NCBI RefSeq assembly: GCF_013167455.1
Contig: NZ_CP038328.1
Origin: Escherichia coli O157:H7
Lineage (GTDB): Bacteria; Pseudomonadota; Gammaproteobacteria; Enterobacterales; Enterobacteriaceae
Strand: one strand, 5' to 3'
Length of the DNA stretch: 64,000 bases
Shown here: piece by piece, positions 43,320-53,162 of the stretch
How positions within the stretch are numbered: position 1 is the stretch's first letter
Layout: each line of letters starts with the position of its first letter
Translations under genes and position numbers: made by a program
The notes under the pieces: generated by a model
The model's input: the letters and a program-made list of their open reading frames with translations, nothing else
What the model was told of the DNA's origin: nothing
Databases searched by the model: none

Positions 43320-44402
43320 TTAGCGAATTGCTATTTCCGTTTCTGCATCAAAGAAATGACATTTAGTCATATCAAAATGAATAGTGATATTTTCTCCTGC
43401 ATGATAATCATTTAACGCACCAGCACGGACCACTAACTCGTGCCCCCCAACCGTGGTGTAGAGCATAAATTCCGCACCGGTTAATTCTACCACGCTAATT
43501 TTGGCGGAAATATTATTTTCCTCTTGCGCGTCCGGATGAATATCTTCCGGGCGCATTCCCATCACGATGGGCTTATGCAAACTTTCCTGTGTTTTCAGAA
43601 CCGCTAATTTCTCTTCGGGAATGGTTAATTTAAGCGTTTCCGTAACGAATTTATCGCCATCGATCGTGCCGCGAATAAAATTCATCGCTGGTGATCCAAT
43701 AAATCCGGCAACAAACATATTCGCGGGTTGGTTATAAACGGTTTTCGGCGCACCCACTTGCTGAACAATCCCGTCTTTCATAATCACAATCCGCGTCGCC
43801 ATGGTCATCGCTTCGGTCTGATCGTGGGTCACGTAGATCATGGTGGTGTTCAGTTTCTGATGCAGCTTGCTGATCTCTGCGCGCATTTGTACGCGCAGCT
43901 TGGCATCAAGGTTAGAGAGCGGTTCATCCATTAAAAACACGCCCGCTTCGCGCACAATCGCCCGCCCGAGCGCCACACGCTGGCGTTGCCCGCCGGAAAG
44001 CGCGCCCGGCTTGCGCTTCAGGTACTCACGCAGGCCGAGAATTTGCGCCGCCCAGTTCACCCGCTCATCAATCACCTCTTTGGCGATTTTTTGCATCTTC
44101 AGGCCAAACGCCATGTTGTCGTAAACCGTCATATGCGGATACAACGCGTAGTTCTGGAACACCATTGCGATATTGCGTGCTTTGGCTGGAACGTCATTCA
44201 TTCGTTTGCCGTCGATCAACAGATCGCCGCCGCTGATCTCCTCAAGCCCGGCAATCATGCGCAGGGTGGTCGATTTACCGCAGCCCGACGGGCCGACAAA
44301 TACGATGAACTCTTTATCGGCAATTTCCAGGTTGAAGTCCTTCACCACATGCACCTGGTTATCGTAGATTTTTTGAATATGTTGTAACGAAAGCTGAGCC
44401 AT
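43320..44402 (-). CDS. ycjV: ABC transporter ATP-binding protein (sugar importer type), apparently intact
   Basis: 360 aa; Walker A GPSGCGKST, signature LSGGQRQR, Walker B FLMDEP. Confidence 0.85.
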   Translation of the reverse strand: MAQLSLQHIQKIYDNQVHVVKDFNLEIADKEFIVFVGPSGCGKSTTLRMIAGLEEISGGDLLIDGKRMNDVPAKARNIAMVFQNYALYPHMTVYDNMAFGLKMQKIAKEVIDERVNWAAQILGLREYLKRKPGALSGGQRQRVALGRAIVREAGVFLMDEPLSNLDAKLRVQMRAEISKLHQKLNTTMIYVTHDQTEAMTMATRIVIMKDGIVQQVGAPKTVYNQPANMFVAGFIGSPAMNFIRGTIDGDKFVTETLKLTIPEEKLAVLKTQESLHKPIVMGMRPEDIHPDAQEENNISAKISVVELTGAEFMLYTTVGGHELVVRAGALNDYHAGENITIHFDMTKCHFFDAETEIAIR

Positions 44403-44415
44403 GTTGATTCCTTTG

Positions 44416-45075
44416 CTATACGTTTTGCCAGAAGGCCGATAACCGCGGCCAGGTCAGGGAGTCCGTTGAGGGCAACAATAATTGCGCCCCGGTTAAGCCT
44501 GCGCCGATCCCCACCGAGCGCATACCGCTGGCGTTAATGGCGTCAATGCCCGCCTGCGCATCTTCAATGCCGATACATGCCTGCGGCGGCACGCCCAGCC
44601 CGGCACAGGCAGCGAGAAAGATTTCCGGATCCGGTTTCGAGTTTTTAAGTTGGGAAGCATCCGCGCAGAAGGTGAAAAACTCGCGCAGCTCCAGCGCCGC
44701 TAAAATCGTCGGCGCATTCAGGGAGACAGAAGCCAGCCCTACCGGGATCTGCTGTGCGCGGAGCTCTGCCAGCAAATTGCGAATACCGGGCAGCACAGCA
44801 TTAACCGTCAGCTCGCGCAGTGAGTGGACGTAAAGCAGATTTTTGCGATACGCCAGTTGCGTCCGCTCCTGCGGGTTAAAGTCGCCCTCTTTGCCCCCGT
44901 GTTGCAGAATGCGCCGCAGAGACTCATCGCGGCTGATCCCTTTTAGGGATTCGTTAAACTGCGCATCAATGCTGATGCCAATTTCAGCGGCAATCTGCTG
45001 CCACGCCTGGAAATGCAGATGCGCGGTATCGGTGATTACACCATCCAGATCGAAAATTACCCCTTGCAGTTTCAT
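44416..45075 (-). CDS. ycjU: beta-phosphoglucomutase (HAD family)
   Basis: 219 aa; N-terminal DLDGV HAD motif. Confidence 0.9.
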   Translation of the reverse strand: MKLQGVIFDLDGVITDTAHLHFQAWQQIAAEIGISIDAQFNESLKGISRDESLRRILQHGGKEGDFNPQERTQLAYRKNLLYVHSLRELTVNAVLPGIRNLLAELRAQQIPVGLASVSLNAPTILAALELREFFTFCADASQLKNSKPDPEIFLAACAGLGVPPQACIGIEDAQAGIDAINASGMRSVGIGAGLTGAQLLLPSTDSLTWPRLSAFWQNV

Positions 45076-47339
45076 TCATCCTCCTGATGCGTGGTAGCGG
45101 TCCCATTGAAGGGCAAAATAAAATCACCCAAACAGAAAACAGATTCTTCAGCCACGGATATAAGCTGCCCGTTCAAACGCAGTGAAACGGGCGCAGAAGT
45201 TCGAATCGCAATACGCTGCGCGTCGAGCGTGACCTGTAATTCGCAGCCCTGCCAGAACAGAGGGAAAGACAACTGTTGCCACTGCTCCGGTAACGCCGGA
45301 TTGAGATGTAATTCACCGTCACGCACGCTCACCCCGGCAAAACCCTGAATCGCCCCCAGCCAGATAGCGCCAGTTGCGGCAGCGTGGATACCATCATCAC
45401 AACTATGCGGATCAGCACCAAGATCGATTTCAGTCCCCTCGCGCCAGAACTGATAACTTTGGGTCAGCAGGCCACAGCGTGCGGCAACAATGCCGTGGAT
45501 TGCTTTACTTAATGACGAGTCGTGAATAGTGCGCGGTTCATAAAATTGCAGATTGGCAAGACACGATACCGCTGAGAACTGCTCCGGCAGCATGTAATTG
45601 AGCATCACCACATCAGCTTGTTTGAGGATCTGCATCTCGTTCACTTCTGCGCGTGAATAATCCAGCAGAATGGTTTGCTTCCCCGCCGCCGCTTTGTATT
45701 TAGCCAGATTAATCGCCGGCTTAGCCATAAACGAATCATCCTGCGGCAAAACGCCATCGGGCTGCGTTTCTGGCATCCATAGCTCTTTGAGGAACATTTC
45801 GGCGCGATGGATAAACGCATCGTCGCTACAGCCGAACTGGCGGGCAATATTCAGCGCCTGTTGAACGTTGTAGCGGGCCATATAGCTGGTGAAGGCGTTA
45901 TTATTGACATGTTCGGTATATTCGTCTGGCCCAATAACATCATGAATTTCCAGACGGTCGTTAACCCTCACCGCGCGGCTAATCCAGAACTTTGCAGTTT
46001 CCAGAAGTAGCGCCATGCCTTCATGAGCAATGAAACTTTCATCCCCCGTGGTCTGCCAGTATTGAATAACCGCCCAGGCGATATCGGCCACCAGATGATG
46101 TTCCGCCTGCGCCGAGGCCACTTTTTGCCGCAGCCCGGTACGAATGTTAATGGCGGCAAATTCTGGCGTCTCTTCTTCGCCGCTGCGCGCGCTTTCCCAC
46201 GGAAATAGCGCGCCCTGCCAGCCGCTGCGCCGTGCTTTCTCCTGCGCGCCTGGCAAGTTGTGCCAGCGATAACGCAGTAAACTTCGGGCAACCGTCGGAT
46301 CGCTAAACAGATGGAACGGCAGCAAAAATACTTCTGTATCCCAGAAAACGTGGCCTTTGTAGCCTTCGCCGGTTAAGCCTTTTGCCGCAATACTGCTGCG
46401 CTCGTCGTGAGCCGGCGTCATGATGCGCAGATGATAAAGCGCATAATCTAACGCTTGCTGATCGTGCGCATCGCCGCCATTTACCGTGATACGACGTTTC
46501 TGCCACCATTGACGCCAGTTTTCTGTTGATGCTGCAAGAAGTTGGTCGTAACTCTGCTGCGCGCATATTTCAAGCTGGCGAAGCGACGCGCTGCCCCACT
46601 CGTCTAAAACGGCTTGCCTGTCATCCCGCCAGTCGATCCACACCAGTTTTTGCAACGTCACTGTCTCGCCTGCATGAAGCTGCGCACTGGTATGTTGCAG
46701 CAAACGGCGCTCTTTGGCGGTATAGCATTGCTGCACATCACCGCTCACCTTACAGCAACAGCTGATGGCCACATCACTGCGTCCATCCTGGGTGGTGTAG
46801 ATCCCCTGCATCAGATGCTGACCAAACACCCGCACCTGGGTTTCGTCGAGATGTTGGCGACCGTGGTTGGTTTGCGTGGCGTCGATACCTGTTGAAATCA
46901 GCACTGACGCGTCGGCGTCCAGTGGCGTAATAGTGATTTCCAGCGCAATGAGCGGCAGTTGGTCTGCCGAAACAAAGCGACGGCTGGCGATGGTGTAACC
47001 TGCGCCGTTGCTGGTACGCCAGACAACGTTGCGGCGTAATTCGCCACTGGCAAAGTCAAGCTCACGCTGCCAGGCTTCGTGGGATAACGAGAAAACCTCA
47101 CCATTTATGGCAATCTCCATCCCCAAGATATCAGGCAGGTTCACCAGTTCGTTGATTTCACCTTTTCCCGCCCGATGATACAGCCCCGCCAGATACATCC
47201 CTCGCGTCTGGCGCGTGTAATCTTCTTCATGGCTGGCGCGAAGCCCAAGATAGCCGTTCCCCTGCGCCATCAGCGATGCATACTTGTTCAGGGTATGCTG
47301 GCTGAAATGGGGTTCTGATAACGTTACTGGCCTGGTCAT
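45072..47339 (-). CDS. ycjT: glycoside hydrolase family 65 phosphorylase (kojibiose phosphorylase)
   Basis: 755 aa; coupled to ycjS and ycjU. Confidence 0.9.
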   Translation of the reverse strand: MTRPVTLSEPHFSQHTLNKYASLMAQGNGYLGLRASHEEDYTRQTRGMYLAGLYHRAGKGEINELVNLPDILGMEIAINGEVFSLSHEAWQRELDFASGELRRNVVWRTSNGAGYTIASRRFVSADQLPLIALEITITPLDADASVLISTGIDATQTNHGRQHLDETQVRVFGQHLMQGIYTTQDGRSDVAISCCCKVSGDVQQCYTAKERRLLQHTSAQLHAGETVTLQKLVWIDWRDDRQAVLDEWGSASLRQLEICAQQSYDQLLAASTENWRQWWQKRRITVNGGDAHDQQALDYALYHLRIMTPAHDERSSIAAKGLTGEGYKGHVFWDTEVFLLPFHLFSDPTVARSLLRYRWHNLPGAQEKARRSGWQGALFPWESARSGEEETPEFAAINIRTGLRQKVASAQAEHHLVADIAWAVIQYWQTTGDESFIAHEGMALLLETAKFWISRAVRVNDRLEIHDVIGPDEYTEHVNNNAFTSYMARYNVQQALNIARQFGCSDDAFIHRAEMFLKELWMPETQPDGVLPQDDSFMAKPAINLAKYKAAAGKQTILLDYSRAEVNEMQILKQADVVMLNYMLPEQFSAVSCLANLQFYEPRTIHDSSLSKAIHGIVAARCGLLTQSYQFWREGTEIDLGADPHSCDDGIHAAATGAIWLGAIQGFAGVSVRDGELHLNPALPEQWQQLSFPLFWQGCELQVTLDAQRIAIRTSAPVSLRLNGQLISVAEESVFCLGDFILPFNGTATTHQEDE

Positions 47340-48391
47340 AATTCCACACGCGTCCCTGTTTCTGCGGATTGATATAACGCCGCCACCAGTTGCTGGATGA
47401 TGTACCCCTGCTCGGCGTCGGCTATCATCACGGGCTTGCCCTGTACGTGATTGATAAAGGCTTCCATGCTGCCCAAATGGCGGTTGTCGTCTGCCATTTC
47501 CCGTTGCATCAGCGTCATTAATTCACCGTTGTTATCGGTGTAGATATGTGCTGGAAACAGCGTCGCACCGGCTTTATCACCACAAAAGCTGACGTTCATA
47601 ATCGACTGTTCGCGGATGTTGAGCGCAAATGACGTTTCCAGCCACAGAATGCCGCCGTTATGAAATTCAATGGTGCCAAACAGCGAATCTTCGACGCTGT
47701 AAGTTGCCGGATCCCACTCGCCAAATTGACCACAGCTCTTTTGCGTGCCGATCTTTTGAAAGCTATGCGCATTCACGCTTTTCACCGCAGGATAGCCCAG
47801 CACATACATCGCAGCATCCAGCATATGAATGCCGATGTCGATCAGCGGGCCACCACCCTGCAGTTCTTTATTGGTAAAGACACCCCAGCCGGGAACGCCG
47901 CAGCGACGCAGGGCGCGGGCGGTGGTAACGTAAATCTCTCCCAAAACGCCGTTGGTCACCTGTTCACGCAGCTGTTGCGTATCGAGCGCAAAACGATGGT
48001 GAAAGTCGTAGGCCAGCACCTTGCCCTGTTTGCGCGCGGTATCGCACATTTCCCGCGCCTGTTCTGGCGTCATGGCGGGCGGTTTTTCGCACATCACATG
48101 GCAGCCCGCTTCCAGCGCCATCAGGGTATGTTCGTAATGAAAACGGTTAGGTGAGCAGACGCTAACCACATCAGGTTTCACCGCCAGCAGCATGGCCTGC
48201 GGATCGTCCCACACGGATGCATTCCCGTATTTTTCTGCCAGCGCCTGCGCCTGGGAAAGGCGGCTGTCACAGACAGCCACCAGTTCCAGATCGTTGCGGG
48301 TGCAGTAGTACGAAGCATGAACCTTATCCGCCACCTGGCCTGCGCCTATTATCGCGACCCGCAGTGGAGAGCTTGTCATTGCACTTTTCAC
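47336..48391 (-). CDS. ycjS: Gfo/Idh/MocA-family oxidoreductase
   Basis: 351 aa; N-terminal Rossmann RVAIIGAGQVA. Confidence 0.85.
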   Translation of the reverse strand: MKSAMTSSPLRVAIIGAGQVADKVHASYYCTRNDLELVAVCDSRLSQAQALAEKYGNASVWDDPQAMLLAVKPDVVSVCSPNRFHYEHTLMALEAGCHVMCEKPPAMTPEQAREMCDTARKQGKVLAYDFHHRFALDTQQLREQVTNGVLGEIYVTTARALRRCGVPGWGVFTNKELQGGGPLIDIGIHMLDAAMYVLGYPAVKSVNAHSFQKIGTQKSCGQFGEWDPATYSVEDSLFGTIEFHNGGILWLETSFALNIREQSIMNVSFCGDKAGATLFPAHIYTDNNGELMTLMQREMADDNRHLGSMEAFINHVQGKPVMIADAEQGYIIQQLVAALYQSAETGTRVEL

Positions 48392-48400
48392 AAAGACCTC

Positions 48401-49189
48401 TTAGCAGGTACGCAACCAGGTCAACGAATCACGGTACGCCTGGGCAGGATCTTCTGCCCGGATACGCCCTTCATACACCACATAACCCTGATAGTTATCG
48501 GCGCGCAGCTGTTCAAACAGCGCGTGGAAATCGAGGGTGCCGCTGCCCGGCTGGTAACGATGGTTATCGGCAATATGCACATGACCGAGCAAGTCGCGGT
48601 TGTCATGCAGCGCCTGCGCCAGGTTATCTTCTTCGATGTTCATGTGATAGAAATCGCCGATAATCTGCACATGTTTAAGATTGTTTTCGACGCTGTAACG
48701 ACGAGCATCGGCGAGGGTGTTGATCATATGATCCTGATAGCGGTTTAACGGTTCGAGATACACCACGGTTCCGGTACGCGCGGCGACCTGTTCCAGTACG
48801 CGCAGGGAATCACTCACCATTTTGCGGTCGCCGTCCAGGCTACGCGGCGAGGTCATCGGCGGTAAGCGGAAGGTAAACATGCCCCACGCTGCCGGAACGA
48901 CGATACCTTTACCCCCCACTTCTGCCAGCGCTTCGAGAATGCGTTCGATCTGCTTTAAGCCATTAAGACGACGCTCTTCGATAAAGTCACCAATCCAGCC
49001 GTCATAGCCGCCGCAGGCGGTGGTCACCGGTAAACCGGTTTCTTTGATCGCCGATTTGACTTCTTCGATGTTGTTGACCAGCAGTTTGCCGTCAATCTCA
49101 AAACCATCGAAGCCCATCTCTTTGATATAACGAAATTTCTCCAGAATATTTTCCGGGAAGAACGCCTGATTCTGTGTGCCTATTTTCAT
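48401..49189 (-). CDS. ycjR: sugar phosphate isomerase/epimerase (TIM barrel)
   Basis: 262 aa from MKIGTQNQAF; the ORF-track ORF extends 43 codons upstream into ycjQ. Confidence 0.85.
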   Translation of the reverse strand: MKIGTQNQAFFPENILEKFRYIKEMGFDGFEIDGKLLVNNIEEVKSAIKETGLPVTTACGGYDGWIGDFIEERRLNGLKQIERILEALAEVGGKGIVVPAAWGMFTFRLPPMTSPRSLDGDRKMVSDSLRVLEQVAARTGTVVYLEPLNRYQDHMINTLADARRYSVENNLKHVQIIGDFYHMNIEEDNLAQALHDNRDLLGHVHIADNHRYQPGSGTLDFHALFEQLRADNYQGYVVYEGRIRAEDPAQAYRDSLTWLRTC

Positions 49190-49206
49190 TTTTTCATTCC
49201 TTTGAA

Positions 49207-50259
49207 TTAAAACGTGACGCCCATTTTGATGCTCTGTTCCGGATGCTGATCGACATACTGCATGTAGCTTTCCGGGCTGTTGGCAAAGGTCACTACCGGG
49301 TCGATTAAATCTTCGCAATTGAGATAACCGTTCATCAGCAGTTTCCAGCAGGTTTCTTCAATACGCTTACGGCTCCAGCGCGGATAATCCGGGTTCGGTT
49401 CACTGCACGCGCGAGAGAAGACAATTTTGGCGTTATTGAAATGCGCTTCGCGTCCGAGGTTAAAACCTTCAGCAAACGGTTTAGCAAACGCGACATAGGA
49501 GATGGTGCCACCGTAAGCCAGGCCGCGCAGCGCCGACTGCAGCGCGTCGGCGTAACCGCTGGTTTCGATAATCACATCGGCACCCTGCTTGCCGGTCAGC
49601 GTTTTGATCTCTTTGCCTACGTCAGTGCCAATGGGATTAAGGCAGAAATCCGCACCGTGACGACGAGCAATATCACAACGATGGGCAATAGGATCGACGC
49701 CAATTACCACCGACGCGCCAGCGCGTTTAGCCAGTTGGATGGCAATTTGACCGATCGCGCCAAGCCCTACCACCACTACAAAATCCCCTACGCGTACGTT
49801 GGCATCGCGAACGCCACTCATGGCAAACTGCGCCGGGTCGTAGCAGACAGCGTTTTTCCAGGAGCTGCCTTCCGGCATTTTGCGCAGCTTGTAGTTATTC
49901 ACTGCGTTAATGATGATCGTCTCGGAGAGCGGGCCGTAGCCGCATACGCTGTCGCCCACCGCGTAGTCGGTAACGTCGCTGCCGCACTCGATAATGTCGC
50001 CAACCACCATGTTGCCAAGCTGGAATTTGCCAAACTCAATGCCGCGCGGCGCATCTGCCGGACGCGGGGTGAACATCTGCCATTCGCCGTTAAAGTCTTC
50101 ATCGATAAACGGGCTGGCGGCGCGGAAGTCGACCACTTCCGTTCCGTGTTTCGGTGCACCGAAACGCACGCGGATCTTCACTTCATTGGCTAAAATCGCC
50201 CGATCTTCATACTCAACCAGCGCAGCAACGCGCGGTGCTGTGGCTACTAACTTTTTCAT
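49207..50259 (-). CDS. ycjQ: zinc-dependent alcohol/sugar dehydrogenase (MDR family)
   Basis: 350 aa; GLGAIG NAD-binding motif. Confidence 0.85.
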   Translation of the reverse strand: MKKLVATAPRVAALVEYEDRAILANEVKIRVRFGAPKHGTEVVDFRAASPFIDEDFNGEWQMFTPRPADAPRGIEFGKFQLGNMVVGDIIECGSDVTDYAVGDSVCGYGPLSETIIINAVNNYKLRKMPEGSSWKNAVCYDPAQFAMSGVRDANVRVGDFVVVVGLGAIGQIAIQLAKRAGASVVIGVDPIAHRCDIARRHGADFCLNPIGTDVGKEIKTLTGKQGADVIIETSGYADALQSALRGLAYGGTISYVAFAKPFAEGFNLGREAHFNNAKIVFSRACSEPNPDYPRWSRKRIEETCWKLLMNGYLNCEDLIDPVVTFANSPESYMQYVDQHPEQSIKMGVTF

Positions 50260-50289
50260 GTAAAACTCCTTGTAAAGAAACTGGCCGCT

Positions 50290-51132
50290 TTAGCCCTTCA
50301 CGCCACCGGCGGTCAAACCACTCTTAATAAAACGTTCCGAAAGCGCATACATAATCACCACCGGCAATGCGGTCACCAGCGAGGCCGCCATCATCCGTCC
50401 CCAGATGTAATCTGGCGTACTGAACAGCGCGTTCAGGCCGACTGGTAAGGTGAAATTGCTGGCGCTGGAGAGGAAAATCGACGCAAACAGATAGTCGTTC
50501 CATGCCACCATAAAGCAGTAGACGAATACGGATATCAGCCCGGACATCGCCAGGGGCACGGTGATACGGAAGATAATTTGCAGACGGTTGAGGCCATCCA
50601 TCATCGCCGCTTCTTCGATCTCATCAGGGATGGTGTCGAAGTAACTTTTCAGCATAAACACGGCGGTGGGCAGAGTTTGCGTCACCATGGTAATGATCAG
50701 CGCCATCTCGGTGTCGTAAATGCCAAGTGCGGTGATAATTTTGAACAGCGGCACCACCAGCAAAATGCCGGAGAACATATACACCGTGTAAAAGCTGGCG
50801 TTGATGGTCATCCGGCCTTTAAAGCGCAGGCGAGAAAGCGCGTAAGCTCCGAGAATGCCGAGAAATACCGCCACCACGGATGAAACCACCGACACCACCA
50901 TGCTGTTACGGAAGTAGTCGACAAACGGGAAAATCACCGGGTTAAAAATGTCGACATAATGCTCCAGCGTCCACTGTTGCGGCAGCAGCGTAGGATGCAG
51001 CGAGATCGCCTCTTTTGCGCTCTTGAACGAGGTCATCAGCATCACAAAAAACGGAAACAGCGTGATGATGAGAAACAGCGCCAGCCCGCGGTAAAAACCG
51101 ATACGACTGAGTGTGCGTTTATTTGTTGCCAT
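50290..51132 (-). CDS. ycjP: ABC transporter permease
   Basis: 280 aa; multi-TM; coupled to ycjO. Confidence 0.85.
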   Translation of the reverse strand: MATNKRTLSRIGFYRGLALFLIITLFPFFVMLMTSFKSAKEAISLHPTLLPQQWTLEHYVDIFNPVIFPFVDYFRNSMVVSVVSSVVAVFLGILGAYALSRLRFKGRMTINASFYTVYMFSGILLVVPLFKIITALGIYDTEMALIITMVTQTLPTAVFMLKSYFDTIPDEIEEAAMMDGLNRLQIIFRITVPLAMSGLISVFVYCFMVAWNDYLFASIFLSSASNFTLPVGLNALFSTPDYIWGRMMAASLVTALPVVIMYALSERFIKSGLTAGGVKG

Positions 51133-51760
51133 TGAGGTTCACCCGTTTCCTGGTCAGCAGAATGACAGCGAAAATAATGATGAAGAGCACCACCGAGATC
51201 GCCGCCGCTTTCCCTAAGTCATTAAAGGCAAAGGCGGTTTTGTAGAGATAGACACCAAGAATATCGACCTTGGTTGTCAGCAGATAAACATCCGCGAACA
51301 TGTAGAACATCCAGATGGTGCGAAGGGTCACCACCGTCGCCAGGACCGGCATAATCGCGGGCAGCGTGACGATACGAAACCGTTGCCAGGCATTAGCGCC
51401 ATCCATCTCTGCCGCTTCGTACAGCGATTTGTCGATGGTCTGCAAAATCGCCAGAAACGAGATAAAGGCATACGGGAAGTAGCGCCAGATGGCGAAGATC
51501 ACCACCAGCACAAAACTACTGCCCGGATTATCGAACCACAGCGGTGCCTGCTCATAAAGATGCAGAAGATCGACGCCGAGGTAGTTCACAATGCCGTAGC
51601 CGTTGTTGAACATGTATTTCCAGGCGAACACCAGCGAAATAGACGGCGTTACGTAGGAGAGGATCACCAGCGAACGCGCGGTTTTGCGCAGGCGGAACTC
51701 GCGGTTGAAAAACATCGCCACTGCCAGCCCGAGCACGGTGCTGCCCGCCACCACCAACGC
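51119..51760 (-). pseudogene. ycjO: ycjO ABC transporter permease, 5'-truncated by prophage insertion
   Basis: permease frame is open from the stop at 51119 up to ~51760, then phage-end sequence; no start codon or N-terminal segment present. Confidence 0.8.
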
Positions 51761-51777
51761 GTGTAACCAGGTGAATC

Positions 51778-51936
51778 ATTTGATACCGACAAGGGTTTTA
51801 GTGAAAGGAGGTGAAATCACCTGTAAGATGCTGAAATAAAACAGGTGATGTATACTTCGGACGGAAAACTCTTTTTGATACCGACTGCTCAACAAATAGT
51901 CAAAAGATCAAAAAACGGCGACACATTTGATACTGC
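51778..51936 (+). repeat. candidate transposase end-binding sites (attL-type direct repeats)
   Basis: TTTGATACCGAC at 51778 and 51873, TTTGATACTGC at 51925. Confidence 0.5.
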
Positions 51937-52117
51937 TAATTTACCCTTAAAATCTTCTTCAAAACATCTTCAAACTGCCAAAATGCTCACATAATCGATC
52001 TAACTATAATCAGTATGATAATCATCATGAATTACTATTCAATAGCGTGATTATCTTGGGATGAGTCATATGATCTCTATATGTATTTACAGCACCACCT
52101 CATGATAGCGATGGCGC

Positions 52118-52729
52118 TTAACCAACAACATTTTTCTTTACTGTCACTGCCCCTGATTCCTGGGTGGCGTTATTGCTCGAGTTGTACTTCTCAATAACGC
52201 GCAAAATCTCTTTGTCTGTTTCTTCACTTCCCGCCATTCCTATCTTTATTGCATTTTTTAGTACGGGACGTAATGGCAAGGCATCAATGATGCTTTCTAC
52301 CGCATCCTGGCTGATTGTAGATGTATTCATTGCTGCCAGCCTGACAAGGTTGTTAGTACCTTCTCGCCTGATGAATGTAAGGATTAATTGCTTCTCTTGG
52401 GGGCTTAGAGAGCTAAGCGCCTGATCAATACCCGAACCTGAATCGCAATTGTTTTCGATTTTTCCGCATTCATCTTCGTTCTTGCCTGTGGCCAACCATT
52501 CGAGTGAACAATTACAGGCTTTAGCTATTAAGGCCAGTTTATCCAAAGGAGGGAAGTTTTTCCCCTTCCTGTAATTTCTTACTGTGGCTTCAGATAGTCC
52601 ACAAAGGGTCGCCAGTTCGACGTTTGTCATGTTTCCCATAGCCATAGCTAAGCGTTCTGAAAATCGGTTTATTCCTTCCATATCAATAAACCGTTCCGCA
52701 CTGGATACGGTTTTTTCTGCCTTATCCAT
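52118..52729 (-). CDS. prophage repressor (Mu c position), XRE-type HTH
   Basis: 203 aa; HTH VELATLCGLSEATVRNYRKG; AGGGGG SD; leftward at prophage left end. Confidence 0.8.
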   Translation of the reverse strand: MDKAEKTVSSAERFIDMEGINRFSERLAMAMGNMTNVELATLCGLSEATVRNYRKGKNFPPLDKLALIAKACNCSLEWLATGKNEDECGKIENNCDSGSGIDQALSSLSPQEKQLILTFIRREGTNNLVRLAAMNTSTISQDAVESIIDALPLRPVLKNAIKIGMAGSEETDKEILRVIEKYNSSNNATQESGAVTVKKNVVG

Positions 52730-52885
52730 ATAACCCCCTATAAAACAAAGAAATTATCAACATCGCATTTAATTTCGATGTGCTCGCAAAAAACCGTTGA
52801 TATCGAATTATTTTGCGATTATGATTTACCTAAATCGATAACCGGTTTTGATTATCGGTTCAGGTAAACATGAGAGGATCACACA
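52730..52885. promoter_or_regulatory. repressor/ner divergent operator-promoter region
   Basis: repeated GATTAT/CGATAA motifs and inverted repeat CGATAA-N10-TTATCG between divergent regulators. Confidence 0.45.
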
Positions 52886-53152
52886 ATGAGGGTATCCAGA
52901 CAAGCATCGAATAATTTGTTTGTTCGAGAGGGGTGTGACTGGTCTGCTAAAGCGGTATATGCAGCCCTTGAAAACAAAGGCACAGACCTCCCTGAACTGG
53001 AAAGGGAGTTAGGATTAAAAAGCGGATCAATGCGCAATGTGTTTTACCGCCAGTGCCGTAAATACGAAGCCGCCATCGCCGAAAAAATAGGGGTTGAACC
53101 TGCTGTAATCTGGCCCAGCAGATACCAGGTGGACGCCAGAGAAGTGGCTTGA
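52886..53152 (+). CDS. Ner-like DNA-binding protein
   Basis: 88 aa; C-terminal VIWPSRYQ matches the Mu Ner C-terminus as I recall it. Confidence 0.8.
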   Translation: MRVSRQASNNLFVREGCDWSAKAVYAALENKGTDLPELERELGLKSGSMRNVFYRQCRKYEAAIAEKIGVEPAVIWPSRYQVDAREVA

Positions 53153-53162
53153 TGGGGGATGT

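Noticed and set aside
45641-46291. Antisense and alternative-frame ORFs inside ycjT
   Set aside because: Embedded in a 755-aa conserved gene; typical of GC-rich coding sequence read in other frames.
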